A stretch of 64,000 bases of DNA from Camelus dromedarius. Taxonomy: Eukaryota. Below, in pieces: positions 38,633 to 52,235 of this stretch. Location of the stretch: NCBI RefSeq assembly GCF_036321535.1, contig NC_087436.1, positions 111,788,001-111,852,000 on the forward strand. Reading direction: 5' to 3'. The translations under genes and the position numbers were made by a program. Position 1 is the stretch's first letter, and each line of letters starts with the position of its first letter. The notes under the pieces are model-generated. The model made no database searches. It had not been told where the DNA came from and saw only the letters and a program-made list of their open reading frames with translations.

Positions 38633-39544
38633 GTCGCCTTGGCTGATTTTAATAATTTAAACTAGATCTCTGCTCACCACAAGAAGAAATCAAGACTGAC
38701 TCACCGACAGCAAGAAGCCAGTCCTGGCTGGATCTGTGCCTGGGACCAAATATTATTTTGATGGGTTTGTAATCTGAAAGGATGAAATGCCCAAGAATTT
38801 GGTAGCTCAATTTCATTAAAGTTTTCAACCACGAGGTGAATGCCTACTTCTCCTTGAACAGCGTGTCCTGTACTGATGCCACCTCAGAAACATCTTTCTT
38901 CTCCTGCATTATTTGTGTTGCAAGGTGAAAAAATAAATATTTGATCAAAGAGACTCATTTACCCAAGTTAGGAGGCTAAAGTGATTTCTCTTCTTGATAT
39001 GTGTTCTGGCATCTTAGTGGATGTAATCACCTGGAATGTTTATGAAGGTTAGAGCACCTATCTATAAAAATATGCCCGATTCTGTCATCCTCTACTTGAA
39101 TCGTCTCCTTGTGCAATATTACCAATCAAAGAAAAGCGTATTTAAAATAAGAACATGCGAGGGCAGTTCTGATTTGAAATGCAGGGCTATTTCCTGTGCA
39201 AAGATAGAAAAAAAGTGGTTCGTTCATTTGATGATTATTTTTCACTTGTCTTAAAATGATACTTTATTCACAAAGGTTCTCTCCCTAGTTCCAACCTCCC
39301 AAGATTGTACATCACTTTCCTTCGACAAGTCAAGTAAGATGCATGTCATGAGAGATAGATAACCTTAGCTGGGAAATCAAAAGAGGGAATTGCAGGTACA
39401 CAATGGAGCTATGTCCCCTTGTAAGATTTAAATAGCATTGAATTTTTGATTTGGGTATGGGTCTCTAAGCCCTCAGCCAGGACTTGAAGATCAGAGTAGT
39501 CTAGAATTCAGAATCACAGAAATTTTAGAAGATCACTCAGTGTA

Positions 39545-39766
39545 CACATTGGGTATATTACATGACACCTAGAGCAGACGTGATGGGGAGTTACCCAATA
39601 CCCTGACCTTCCTATTTCTGCAGGAAAATATACTAATGACCACACTAAGTGCAATAAAGACCATCAGGAATGGTTAGATATGCAGCCAAATAAGTTTTGA
39701 AGAAAGTTTTCAAATTTCAGAGTACTTTGGATTTCAGAATTCCAAACAAAGAATTGTGAAGCTGTG
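39545..39766. mobile_element. TcMar-Tigger-like DNA transposon remnant
   Basis: End ttcagagtactttggatttcagaattccaaacaaagaattgtgaagctg resembles a Tigger terminal repeat. Confidence 0.4.
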
Positions 39767-40400
39767 GGGTATAATTAAAAGAAGGTTGACTCTATAATCT
39801 CATTCTCAGACCATCAGCTGCCCAGGAGAAAAATCCTGGGGAGAAAAGAAATCTCTGCAAGGCTTTCTCTCCCCATCACAATACTGCTCAATTAGATGCA
39901 TTAGGAATTTGTGTGATTTAGATTAAATCTCAGGGAAATCTCTTCCCCATTCCCCACTCTGCATCATGCGTTTCCTTCCTCAATTTGAAATGACAGGAAT
40001 TTTGGAAGAAGGCAAAAAAAGCTTTTTTGTTGGCTTGGTTTTTATTTTTTTTTAATTTATTGTTCTTTATGCTTCTTTTAAGAAAAGTCATACAAATTCA
40101 TGGGAAAATCAGATGCAACAACAACAAAAAAAAACAAACAAAAAGAGTTTCGAGCTTCTGGCCTCCCAAAGAAAATGTCAGTAATTTGCTATATGTCTTT
40201 CTGGAATTTTATTTTTCTAAGTGTTAAAAAAAATTTTTTTTTTAGCAAATGAACAAATGCTACACACAAGTCTGTAAAGGAAGACAGGTAGAAAGAGTAA
40301 GATTTTACAAATATGGTATATGGAAATTCACAGGCAGAAATTAAGAAGAAAACCATCTGTAATCTCACCTTCAATATTTTCAAGCCGGTGTTGGGCATCC

Positions 40401-40572
40401 TTTTTTTGTTTTTCTGGTTTTTTTTTTTGTTTTGTTTTTGTTTTTTTTTGGTGGGGGGAGGTAATTAGGTTGATTTATTTAGTTAGTTATTTTAATGGAG
40501 GTACTGGGGATTGAACCCAGGACCTCATGGGTGCTAAGCATGTGCTCTAACCACGGAGCTATACTCTCCCCC
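40401..40572 (-). mobile_element. Camelid tRNA-derived SINE (Vic-1-like)
   Basis: poly-T + ggggggaggtaattagg...ggaggtactggggattgaacccaggacctc...gagctatactctccccc; reverse complement of the 31658 and 46890 copies. Confidence 0.9.
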
Positions 40573-40849
40573 TAGGTATTCTTTTTAATTCTGCATTTTG
40601 CTTGGGATTTGTGTTAACTTCTTGTGCTTGAGAATATGTGTATAAAACCTCTGAGAACCCTACTGCAGACCCTCAGTGTGGCGCTGCTTTCCTCAAAGCG
40701 TAACAAGGTCTTCAGCTTCCTCTTTAAAATTTGACTTAAAACTAGAGAAACAGAAACTTTCATAAACTATTTGAGCTGGAAGGAAATGTAGAAGTGAGGT
40801 TAAATGGTCAAACGTCTGTCTCATTTCACAGACAGTCGCTGGGCTGGTG

Positions 40850-41075
40850 GGTGGTCCTTTCCAAGCCAGCAACATTGGTCTCGATGCCTGGATTCAAGTC
40901 CCAGCTACTCCCCTGGGCAAAGTATTTAACTTCTCTGAGCCTCAGTTTCCGGGTCGGAAATGGGTTTGAACCATTACCCTCTTCATCAAGCATCCTAGGA
41001 ATGAAATGAGCTGAGTCACTTGAGGACCAAGCACTGTTCACAGCTGCTAGTGTTGGTGGCAGAACTGGATGCGGG
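40850..41075 (+). mobile_element. MIR fragments
   Basis: cctggattcaagtcccagct...gggcaaagtatttaacttctctgagcctcagtttcc. Confidence 0.65.
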
Positions 41076-41691
41076 ACGCAGGGCTCTTTTCTCCCAGTGC
41101 AGGGCTCTTCCCCCGACATCATCCAGGGAGAACTGGGGCAGCAGGTGACGGATGGGCCTCTGGAATGGTGATGTGGTAGGAGGGGTGAGCAGCCGTAGGG
41201 ACAATCTTCCTTGTAAGTGAAGCTCAAACTGTAAGCAGAAGGTCCTGTTCTGCGATGACCCTTTCAACAGAAGAATGGGGAGGGGCAGGATTGGGAACGT
41301 AAGTCCAAGGGAACGGAGTCCAAATGATTCTGGAAAGGAATCATTGCGGAGGGTTGTGAGAACATCCATGAAGTAGGCACTGGCCCTGAGAAAACATGAC
41401 TAAACGTGGCTAATTTTTCTGAAATCAAGATAAAATGTAAGAATTGTAGTCATCGTGCTGGGCAGTAATGTATAGCTTCCTCGATAGTTCGTGAACGCTG
41501 GAGTTTAATACCAACTTGCTACTTGAAAGATAGAGAAAACACAGTAAAATTTGGCTTAAACCTGACTAGTGAAGAAATAAACATAGAAACAGTAATACGG
41601 ATGGGTCTGGCTGGAGGCAATATTAACTGCTTTTGGGTGGCTTGAAGCATCCACGCCCACACAAACAACACACCTGTGCACACATACAAAT

Positions 41692-41692
<1 letters not shown>

Positions 41693-41738
<46 letters not shown>
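41693..41738 (+). repeat. (CA)23 microsatellite
   Basis: Read directly from the sequence. Confidence 0.97.
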
Positions 41739-41742
<4 letters not shown>

Positions 41743-43476
41743 CATATTCTCCTAAATTTCCTGGTGATCTGATGGATTAGAGAATTGGTGATGTGTTCTT
41801 GATGTATGATTTTCTAACTATATGATCCCTTTTCTTTGCTGAAATTCCTTCATTTGTAAGATCCATCATCTCATTTCTAAAATTTTTTTTTAAAGCAGGG
41901 CTGTCACAAAGGGAAGCTATGTTTGTAACAATCAGCCCTGTCTTCTAATCATATTTACTATTCGATTTCAGGAAATCTCCAAGGTTCTTTTAATTTGGAG
42001 GATTTGAAGCACCCACACCTCTTGGAAGACTGTGATATATAACCTTAATTTACTTAAAAGAACCCCTAATAGGCTCCAATAATTTGTGACCTGATACTAA
42101 TTTTTATGCAACACTGAGATGGCCATTCATCCTTTTTCCCAGGGGAGTCCTGGCGGGGAGGGAGGTGCCAAGCCCCTCTGAATCACAAACAGAGTAAGTG
42201 TACAGGCTGGAGTGGTATTTTTGAAAGAAAAAAACCGTAATTCCACACCATTTCTCTTCATTGCCTTCCTTGTTGTTCAGAGGAGGCTGCTTGATGATCC
42301 CTGGGGAACAGAGAAAAGAATTTAGTGTTTAAATATAGTTTGGGATCCATAAAAAGAGGAAAAGGAATCTAAGACGCAACTCCTGTTTATTAAAGAACTG
42401 GGGAGAGGCTGAAAACAGAGGGGGAAAGGGAGGGACTAAGCCTGTCTCTTTGAAGAAATGCCATCCACATTTGAACGATTAAACCTATCATCTGCTCTCT
42501 GCAAGAATTAATCCATTAGGGTCTTCAGAATTTCCCTTCTTGGGTGTGATTTCATGACACATTTGAAGGAAGTGGTATTGAAAGTGGAGAACTGAAAAAA
42601 AAAAACACCTCAAAATGGAAAAATTAAAAAAAAATGCAGCATTAACCATGTTTCAAACTTTCGTGAATCAAATCTGAAATGAATATAGGAAAATATTCTC
42701 TTTCCTTTCTGCCAGAATAGACAGGCAGATACACCCAGTTCCTCCTCTACTGGAAGGGAGGGAAGCCCATTACCACCACATTTCAGGTCTCTTCGAAAGA
42801 GTGTTGGAAACCCAGCCCTACGCGTGTGTGCTTCTGAGCGGTTGTTTTAAATGCCCCCCGGAGCCCCGACGGCTGGGTTCATGCCTGCCTGTCCGAGCCG
42901 TGCGCTCACATCTAATCCCGCAGTACAAAGCTGCCGAGCCGAACCCCCAGGAGGCTCTGAGCTCCTGGCAGAATCTTAGCTTCTCTGAATAAGATGGAAA
43001 TTTATTAGGAGGAAATCATTCTGGTGTCTTCAGAAATACAACATTCCTGATAAAAATCTTGCTCCTGACAGCAGACTAACAAGATACATTTGTTAGTGGT
43101 TTCTGTTCCTGGGGATCCGCGGTGAACGCGCTGCCCTTTTACTGCACCGTTTGAGGGAGATGCATGCAGTGACAAGCATGATTCAAGTTTTTCACTTCGC
43201 AAACATTTGAGTTGGATATTGTGTGCCGTGCACTCTCCTGAATGAGCTCTGTGTGCGCTGCGCTCTGCGAAGACCGGGAGCAGTGAGGCACGTTCATCTC
43301 AACACCATTTGTTGAGCACCTACTATGTGCCATGAGCTGTATCATCCACGGAGAATACAAGGTGGTCTAGTGCCTACAACAAGGTATCAGTTCCTTATCA
43401 GTTCTGGACACGTCACTCCAGCTCTTGGTCTCAGTTTCCATTTCTGTAAGATGAGAAATAGAATAACTACCTACCG

Positions 43477-43515
43477 TGTGTGTGTCGGGTGTATGTGTGT
43501 GTGTGTGTGTGTGTG
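43477..43515 (+). repeat. Imperfect (TG)n tract inside a MIR
   Basis: gtgtgtgtgtcgggtgtatgtgtgtgtgtgtgtgtgtgtg following ctcagtttccatttctgtaagatgag. Confidence 0.85.
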
Positions 43516-44436
43516 CACGTGTACAATTAGATTTCTAAACATTTTACACTGCCTAATACATACTAGGTGCACATTAAATAATTACTACTTTAAGATACAA
43601 CTCTTGCCTTCAGAGAGCTCATAGCCTGGCAAATGGATCATTTCAGATACCGGCAATCAGCCCACTGGACTTTTGCAGAAACAACACATAGATCAATTCA
43701 GACAGTGCACTACTGCACTTTTACTCACAAGATAGGATCTTAGAAAGCTGAGCTCTTATTTATTTCGGAAAATATTGTTGCAAGCTTAGTTTTCTGATTT
43801 CCTATTTAGTCGCACATTAGAAATAGCAACCCAGAAAAGCTAGAGCTTGCTAAAAGTAGGACAGAAGCTGCAATATGGAGGTATACCAGACATCTCGAGA
43901 GCCAGGGAGAAGGCAACATTTGTAATTCTCTGGCCAAAGAATTCAGACACCGTAGAAGTTCTGGGGGATTCTGAAACAGAACTTAAGAGCCCTGTATTAC
44001 ATCTCAATGCCTTAAGGACATTTCAGCACATAGATCCTACTTTATACAATCCCATCTATGACCCACAGTTACAAACAAAATGAAGACTCAAATCTGTCCA
44101 GGGTGGTGTACTGAAGAAGACTGGGAATATATGATTCTTTCAAGGAAAACTTAGAGCAGAACATTGCAATGTTCAACTTTGGGAACTTTAAAAGGAAATT
44201 TCCATATCTGGACAATTCACTGGTAAACTTTTCCCATTTTCTACTCTGTCAGGTAAATAAGATCTAATTGTATTGGAGACAGCAGTTGATCACTGCTTCA
44301 AGCAGAGTTTAGCACAAGGCATATTTGTAAGAGAGAGAAGGGATGTGGGTTACTTTCTGCTAAATTACAGTTAACAGAACCCTCTGAGTACTCTTTGTAA
44401 ACATGCAAACATAGCTACTGAATTCTTCAGGAACAT

Positions 44437-44951
44437 GTATTAGATTCCTGTTGCTGTTGTAACAGATTAACACAAACTTAGTGACTTAAAGCAACACAAA
44501 TTTATTGCCTTAAGTTTGGGAATTCAGAATTCTGAAATTTATTTCACTGGGCAAAAGTCAAGATGTCGGCAGGGCTGGTTCCTTCTAAAGGCTCTGTGGG
44601 GAGCATCCGTTTCCTCATCTTTTCCAGCTTCTAGTGGCCACTGCATTCCTTGGTCCCTGGCCTCTTCCCCTGTCCTTAAAGCCAGCAGCACGGCATCCTG
44701 AACTCTCTCTCCTTTCCCGCTGTTTCCAGTATTTTTTCTCTTCTGAATCAAATCTCCCTCTGCCTCCCTCTTACAAAGACACTTGTGATTACATTTAGAG
44801 CACATTTAGGATATTCCAAAACAATCTCCCCATCTGAAGATCCATAGCTTAATCATATCTGAGAAGTCCTTTTTGCCGTATAAGGTAATATTCACAGGTT
44901 CCAGGAATTAAGATTTGGATACACTTGGAGACACTTATTCTGCCCCCCAAA
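44437..44951 (-). mobile_element. MLT1C/D LTR
   Basis: tgtattagattcctgttgctgttgtaaca...aagatgtcggcagggctggttccttct...ttttgccgtataaggtaatattcacaggttccagg. Confidence 0.9.
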
Positions 44952-45329
44952 GCTCTTAAGTAAGTAATTGTGGGTAGGGGGAACTCTTCTTCCCCACCTG
45001 ACCTTACCTCCCCATACCACCTTGACCTCACTCTGCTCCCTCACTCTTTCTAGCCCAGCTGACGGGGGGAAAAGTGACTTAATCTGATCAGTAAGTACGA
45101 AAAGACAAGGAGGCACTCTTGTCTCAGCTCCTTCCATGCAGTAATCTTAGCCTTAAAGACCAAGGTTAAGGGGTGGGGAAGCCTAGGATATCTGCTATGA
45201 GCTCTGTAGTAATGATGATGTCATTTTCAGCCCTATTTTCATGACTGTTTTGTCATATTTCACAACTGGTGTAGGACTCAGTGGAGAAGAGGAGTGTTTT
45301 CCAGGACAATCTCCAAAGTATCACATGTT

Positions 45330-46330
45330 AATTATTTAAACTAAAATAAGATACATTTCATAAAGTAGACTTCATAACCTTTCCCCTTAGAGATAATTAC
45401 TGTGAATATTTTGAAGTACATAATTGAAATGCTTATGTATATTTAAACAATTATATATATACAATATCTGTATCCTTTTATCACTCAATAATGTATCATG
45501 GTTATCGCTTCATGTCAAGATATAGAGATCTACTTCATTCTTTTCAGTAGTGACATCCCATTGTGTAAATACATCTCTTTTTTTTTTTTTTTTTTTTGAT
45601 TAAACTAACCACCTAATCTGTTAGGTTGTGCCCAGGTTTCTGCTGTTATAAAAAAATGGTACAATGAGTTTTCGTTCATAGTCTCCAAGGAAATTTGTTA
45701 AATTTCTTAACTTCTTTAAGAAACAGTTTTCTCAACTGTAAAATGGAGATAATAACAGTTATCTATCTCAGATTTTGGGGGAAGTAAAACAGTTAATGAA
45801 TGGAAATTGGATATCAAAGTGACTGGTAGACAGTTTAATAAGTGTTAGCTACTGTTTCATTACTCTTTTCTCTGTGACTACCAAGCACCTTTCACATAAT
45901 CCTTATTGATTCTTTTGGACTACTCCTTAGAAGTAAAGCTACTGGATCAAACAGTATGCACATTTAAACAACATGATACATATTGCCAAATCCCTCAGGC
46001 ATGTGAGATTGTGTTTCCATGCCCCTTTATCAATATGGGGCCATTTTCAATCTTTGAAAATCTGATTTGATAAAAAATACATCTTGTTTTATTTTCTGTT
46101 TAGCTGACTAATACTGAAAGGGCATTCTTTTTATGGCCAAGGCCTTTTTTTATTTCTTCATTTATGATTTTCATGTTTTTTAGAAAAAAAAATCTTTTTC
46201 TTCATATTGACTTATAGAAGCTCTTTGTGTCTTAAAATTTTCTTGTCTTTCTAGTTCATCCATTTTATAAATATTTTCTCACAATTTTCTTTAGTCAGCA
46301 AGCCTTATTTATATTGTATTTTCAACACCT
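45330..46330 (-). mobile_element. Old L1ME fragments with an embedded + strand MIR (~45680-45860)
   Basis: gatatagagatctacttcattcttt, ctactggatcaaacagtatgcacattt...tattgccaaat; MIR cagttttctcaactgtaaaatggagataata. Confidence 0.6.
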
Positions 46331-46889
46331 CTAAGGCTTCAAAACTTTATAATGACATATTTAGAAATTCTATAGTAATAGCAATAGTCTGAATGATATT
46401 TTAACAACCAGTAAGTAATTCAAGTAAATGTTTAATTCTAAACCTACAACATTGAATTAATACAGTCTTTTCTCATTCATAAAGGATAAGAAATAAGTTA
46501 GTGGATAGATTTTCTTAATTTTTAGTTATTTTCCTTTAGCTCACTAACTTATTGGCTAGTGAGAACTAGCAAACAACAAAACAAATGAAGAATAACAAAC
46601 ACATCCCAAAGAGAGAATTCAGAAACCGTCAAGCTTAGATGGTTATGCATTTTCACGGATATATGTGCTTCTTGGAGTGTTTTTATTTTGGCTGTTTATC
46701 TTGGAGTTTGCATATATAGTGTATATATTCTTATAGCTTATATCCTTCTTAATATTCATTTATTAATTTATTCGATTAGTGTTCATTGAACACCTATAAT
46801 GAACTAGGCTTGTATCTGTAGTATACATTTTTCACAGTGTAGTAGGTTGAGCTCCAGACTTCTGAATGTTTCCAGTCACTATTAGCAGT

Positions 46890-47030
46890 GGGGAGAGTGT
46901 AGCTCAGTAGTTAGAGTACATGCTTAGCATGCATGAGGTCTTGGGTTCAATCCCCAGTACCTCCATTAAACAAATAAGTAAACCTAATTACCGAACCCCC
47001 CCAAAAACAAACAAGCAACGACAAGAAAAC
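46890..47030 (+). mobile_element. Camelid tRNA-derived SINE (Vic-1-like)
   Basis: ggggagagtgtagctcagtagttagagtacatgcttagcatgcatgaggtcttgggttcaatccccagtacctcc + aaacctaattacc + A-rich tail; flanks cactattag / cacaattag. Confidence 0.9.
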
Positions 47031-50000
47031 CACAATTAGTTTCTTTTCCTCTGTTCTCTCACTATACGTCAGTTTTTCCCTGTATTGCATGATTTTGTTC
47101 CCTTCTGCCATGCATCAAAGACACACTCTGAGTACATTGTAAACTTCCCAGGACAGATAAATACCCTATTCATCGAAGTAGCTCCACAAGGCCTAGGACA
47201 GGGATTTGCTCTTGCAAAGGGCTTAATGAAAGCATTTTCATTGGGTGAACTAAAGATTTGGTGTCAGTTCTGTTGTTCGCTGCGTGACTCTTCACAAGTC
47301 ACTTACCTACCTGGTATTTCAGCTTCCTCATCTTCGAACATCCATTACTGACTTCTATTACAGGAACTCAGAGAGCAGGAACAGCCATGGTTTCCCTCCA
47401 GTGGGCTAGAGCAACCCTCAGTTTCTTTCTGGCTAGACAGGTCTATATTTTCATGTGATCTGTTTATTAATCTCTCTTTCCCTTCCCTTGTATTTGACAC
47501 ATACTGAGCATAGAGCATTATTCAAATTTTGAAGTAGCTTTTTTTTTTTTTTTTTGTCTCCTTACTATTCTGAAACTCAAAGGGGTTTACAGCCTGTGGA
47601 AACTTGCCCATTTAAAGTCAGTGACACCAGATGGTCCCCCAACCAAATATATAATTACTTCTGACTTGAGCTAACAAACCAGGCAGTGAACTCATGAAAA
47701 GGTAACTGTGAGACATTTGTGTTTGGATAATTTTGAAAATGACTTTTTTTTTTTTGTAGCAAATAAGTAACTGGCATTTTTGTCAATACCATAGAAATAC
47801 ATTTTTATTTTAGATTTTTTGAAAGTACATGCTGTTTAAAAGAATACTGGAAAAAAAACACCCATCATTCTACCACTCCAAGATAACTGCTATTAAATGT
47901 TCATGCTGCCATTTCAGACTTTTGTTCTATTGTTATATGTCACCTACAAGTAACTGTGTATATTTTAAACGAAACCAGAATCTCAGCATACATAATATTT
48001 CATAATCATTTTTCTCCTAATAGCATATAACAAACATCATTCTATCATTCTATGTCAATAAACATGTATCTGTTAAATTATTTTAAATTTGTATAATGAT
48101 ACTCCATGGTATGATGTTGGAGCTTTGAGAACACCTGCAGAAGAGCCACCATCTTTCCTACCTGAGTCGTGAGCTATTCAAGCCATAAGTATCACCTTTA
48201 TTCCTAACGAGGCTGATATTGGACAGGGCAGCCAGCAGCTGAAGATGGGGAGACTTCCTAATATTGAACCCTAGAATAATCCAGCATCTTCTAGCCAACC
48301 CCAAGCAGTGCTGGACAGGCAGGTCCTACACCGATGGGGATGGACTCCTGTGGGCATCTCATTCCTAAGAGAGAGGAGAGGGGTACTAGCTAAGCCTGCC
48401 CAATTTATTCTTCCCAAACTCACCAGTTAGAGAGGTCACCCCTCCTTTCCTATAGAAGGGTGCAAAGGGGGTCAGAAGGGGTGGAGATTATTCTAGTAGA
48501 GCTCCGTCTGCATCAGAGGAGACATCAGGAATAGGGAAGAAGCTCCCAGGTACGGATGGGCCATAATTCATATAACCAGCCTTTGTGGGACAGCTGGCTT
48601 TTTTCCAATCATTCCATTATATCACAAATTATTTTATCTGCCCATGATTATTGCCCCCTACAGGTAAAGAAAGGGATGCTCAGTGAGTTTCCACATCTTA
48701 TCCAGGATCACATGGTTAGTGTTGGACCTGCACTTGGAATTCAAGTTCTCCATAGTCTGAAATCCTACATCTACAGGGCAATTCAGAGGTCTCCGAGGCT
48801 GCTGCTTCAGGCAGCTATGCAAAAGTCTAGGTGGCAGAGGTGGGACTTGCTGGGTCCTAACAACAGAACAATGAGAAAATTACCCAAGTATATGATAGTC
48901 TGGTACAGACTAGCGAGCAAACATGGTGGGTGAACAATTGCTGTAGAGTGGAGTTAGGTAGGCAAGGTTCTGTGCTGCCAGCCAGCCTATAAACAGTGAT
49001 GTCTGTCCTTGAAACATCTCTGGAAAGGACTGCCCTGCTTCAATGTAACTGACAGTGACCACACCTCATCTTCACTTCCCGTGAGATGACAAGAGAAATT
49101 ACAGACATGTGTCTTCAGAGCCCAAGTCCCGGAGGCTTTTTATTGGAGACTTTGTCATAAACTATAAAGTAGGAAAAGCAGCACCCAGGTGTCAGTGATG
49201 AGACTCAGATGGCAGGGGTTGGCAGCCCGCCTCATACACCGCCAGGCTGATCTGAAGATGGATGTTTCATTGACAGCAGGCACTTCTGGGGTGTCACATC
49301 CCACACGAATGGGTCACTCTCGTTTCCTAGCTTCTGGCCTAATGGTCTGCAGCGTGTAAGTAGTATTTCTCCTCATCTTCATATCTCAAAGCTCTGCTTT
49401 TCACTCTCACTTGAGATAGAGACACAATGTTGCTTTTTTGTCAAAAGTATGATATGCTTTATTTAGCTGGGATCTGCTAAAATGCTGGGGATAATTCTTT
49501 GCCCAAGCCGAGGCTTGGCTGGATTGTTTTGTAGCAAGTCTTGATTCAATGCTGGTGGTTTGATACAGGGAGAAAAACAAAACTGCCCGATAAAAGATGG
49601 AAGCAGATGGTTATGGAAAAGCAGAAGGGAGGTCTGGTTCAGAAGAGACCACAGGAAGACACAAGAGACATGGAGCAGGGCCATAGGAGTGGAAATGCCA
49701 TAGGACTCCTGTGTTCATTTATTTATTCCTTCTTCTAGCTTGTAGACAATAGGTGCGTAGCATATGGGAGGCTCTGTGTTAAGAGCAGCTTTATGTAATG
49801 TGCTTGGATGATACAAAAGGGAACAAAACATATTCCCTGTTCTCAAAGGGCTTAAAAATAAGACATGTATACAGCTATAAAGCGAAACAATGTGTGATCC
49901 GCTGAATATAATGGGACAGCTTGTTGAGATGTTAATTTGTATCTTGTTTTCACTCTATTTTCCCCTTCCTCCCAGGGAAGGGTTCTGTGGAGGAGAGGGA

Positions 50001-50949
50001 AGTAACCTGCTGGCCAACCTCGCCTTAGATCGTATGGGTTCTAGGAGATGAGATTCAACATAGTGAACTCATTAATATAATCAATTCAATGTTCAATTTC
50101 AATAATATTTATCGAACCAGGTATTTCATTTCTGTAGCCTCATTATTATTGCAGTAGTTGTCATTAGCGTTGCCCCCATTTCAAGAGACAAGTAAACTGA
50201 GGCCCAGAGTTTAAGAAACTTGTCCCAATTCTCATTGCTAAATCAGTGGCAGAGATGGGATTTAAATCTATAGTTGTCTTCATCCCAGCCACTTTCCATG
50301 GATTCAGGTTTTGGGTGTTGGGACTGCAAGCAGTTCTTTGCATTGTATCAAGAATCAGTCAAGCTATTGTTCTAAGGATGTGGACTCTACAACCTAAGGA
50401 TTTGAGTAGCTCATTGAGGGCTCAGAATTGAGCAAAAGGAAGGCCAGGCTGATGTGGTGAAAATAAGGTGGTTGATTGGACTTGAGTTTGATCTCACCTC
50501 CGTCTTTAACTGCTCTGTCATTTTGGATCTGGTATTTCCCCTTCTGTGTCTCACTCTTCTCTTTTACAGTGAGGACACTGAACTGACAAACTCTTAGATC
50601 TCTGCCCAGTGGAAAGTGCATTGGGAAGAGGGTTCAAATTATATTAAAAAAAATTGCAATTCTTGAATGTGGAATTCAGAAGGATGAGTGAACATAAGAC
50701 ATCAGTGTTAGAAAGGACACATTTCTTTTGGACACATGCTGATATATGCATCTTCAGAAGCCTGGTAAGCAGACCAGTGCCCAGCACAAAGTTATCAATA
50801 AATACTTATTGACTGATAGTTTACATTGTAGGAGCTGAAATTTGTCACATTTAAAAAAAAATGTGGATGCTATTAAAGTTATAGATGTGAGAAATGAGAA
50901 TTAGAAATATAGAAATGAGATATTGAAGGAAACTCAGGAATCTCCAAGA

Positions 50950-51270
50950 CTATCGATTCTCAAAATTAGGTGAATGTTCACAAATTTCTGTTTGTGAACA
51001 AAATGATTGTTTCCCAAAATATGTTTTACAATATGCATGTCTTCAGGATCTTATGTGATGAAAGGATTTTATGATCAAATAAATTTGTGGATATTCATTC
51101 AGCCATAGTTCCTCTTAGAGATTCAGTATATATGTTAATGTATCAAAGGCCCTGAGAAGTTCTGCGTAAGTAAATCTATTTAACTTCATTTACAATTCCT
51201 ACCATCACCTCCTCTTATCTAAAAATATAATATTTATTTACACATACAGAGTAAACTTTGTGAAGTACTG
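50950..51270. mobile_element. hAT-Charlie remnant (MER113-like)
   Basis: tgatcaaataaatttg...cctcttagagattca...caaaggccctgagaagttctgc. Confidence 0.45.
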
Positions 51271-52235
51271 AATTAAATATAGCTGATCAAGAAAAAAGGG
51301 AAATGAATTAAGTAATTCCAAAGTCCTCTTTATTGTTATGATAACGTTTAGGTACTATAAATGTAAATTCACACCCCCTCCTCTTTAAATATTTGGAGAT
51401 AAATCTGTTACTTTACTTGATTTCTATCTAGTCAATATTTTAAAAACAATATTTGGAATTTCATTTTTAGGTTCAAAATTTTGTTTAGTCTCTTCTGCCA
51501 TTACTTTTTTGCTTTCCTATAGGACTTTATAATCTAACAATGTCAAGATATTTTTGAATATATATTGTTCCCTTTCTCTGGAAAAATACTATTAAACAAT
51601 GCTAAAGACAGAAGACATAAATTCACAAATTCTCATAGGCTTCTGCTTTCTAAGGAGGGTGATCCTGGAGCTGAGGAAAAATGGCATATATATGGTCATA
51701 TTCTACAAACTACAGTATTACCCAAACATTGAGTCCCCATTATATTACTCCAGAAAGTTGGCGATCCTAAATGCATATAAGGTGATCTTCTTTCATGTGT
51801 ATAATTTCTAAGCACTTGGAATACAAAGCTTATCATTCCAAATTTCATGCTTTTTCAAATCTGCCAAAACATTTCACTTCTTTTTCATCTCAAACTTTGT
51901 CGCTTAGTGTTTACTGCTGAAGCTGTACCTTCTAGAAATCCAGTCTTCCCCAAATCTCAAATTCTACTCTGAGAGTTGGCCCTAAAGGGTTTTGAGACTA
52001 CAGGTGGTATCTCCAGAAGCCTAAAACTGAGCACATCATCTGTCCCTTGAAATTTACTCTTGTCCCAAGTTCCTTTTTACTTGACTTGCACCACTGCTCA
52101 CCAGGTATTCACTCGTCACCCACTGTTTGCCCTCGTCAGCATTCTGAACCACAGCTTTGATTCCTTTGTACTCCTTGCCATCCCCAATGAATCAATACCT
52201 GGCCATGTCGCCCAAGTTCAATTTTTTGGTTCCAT

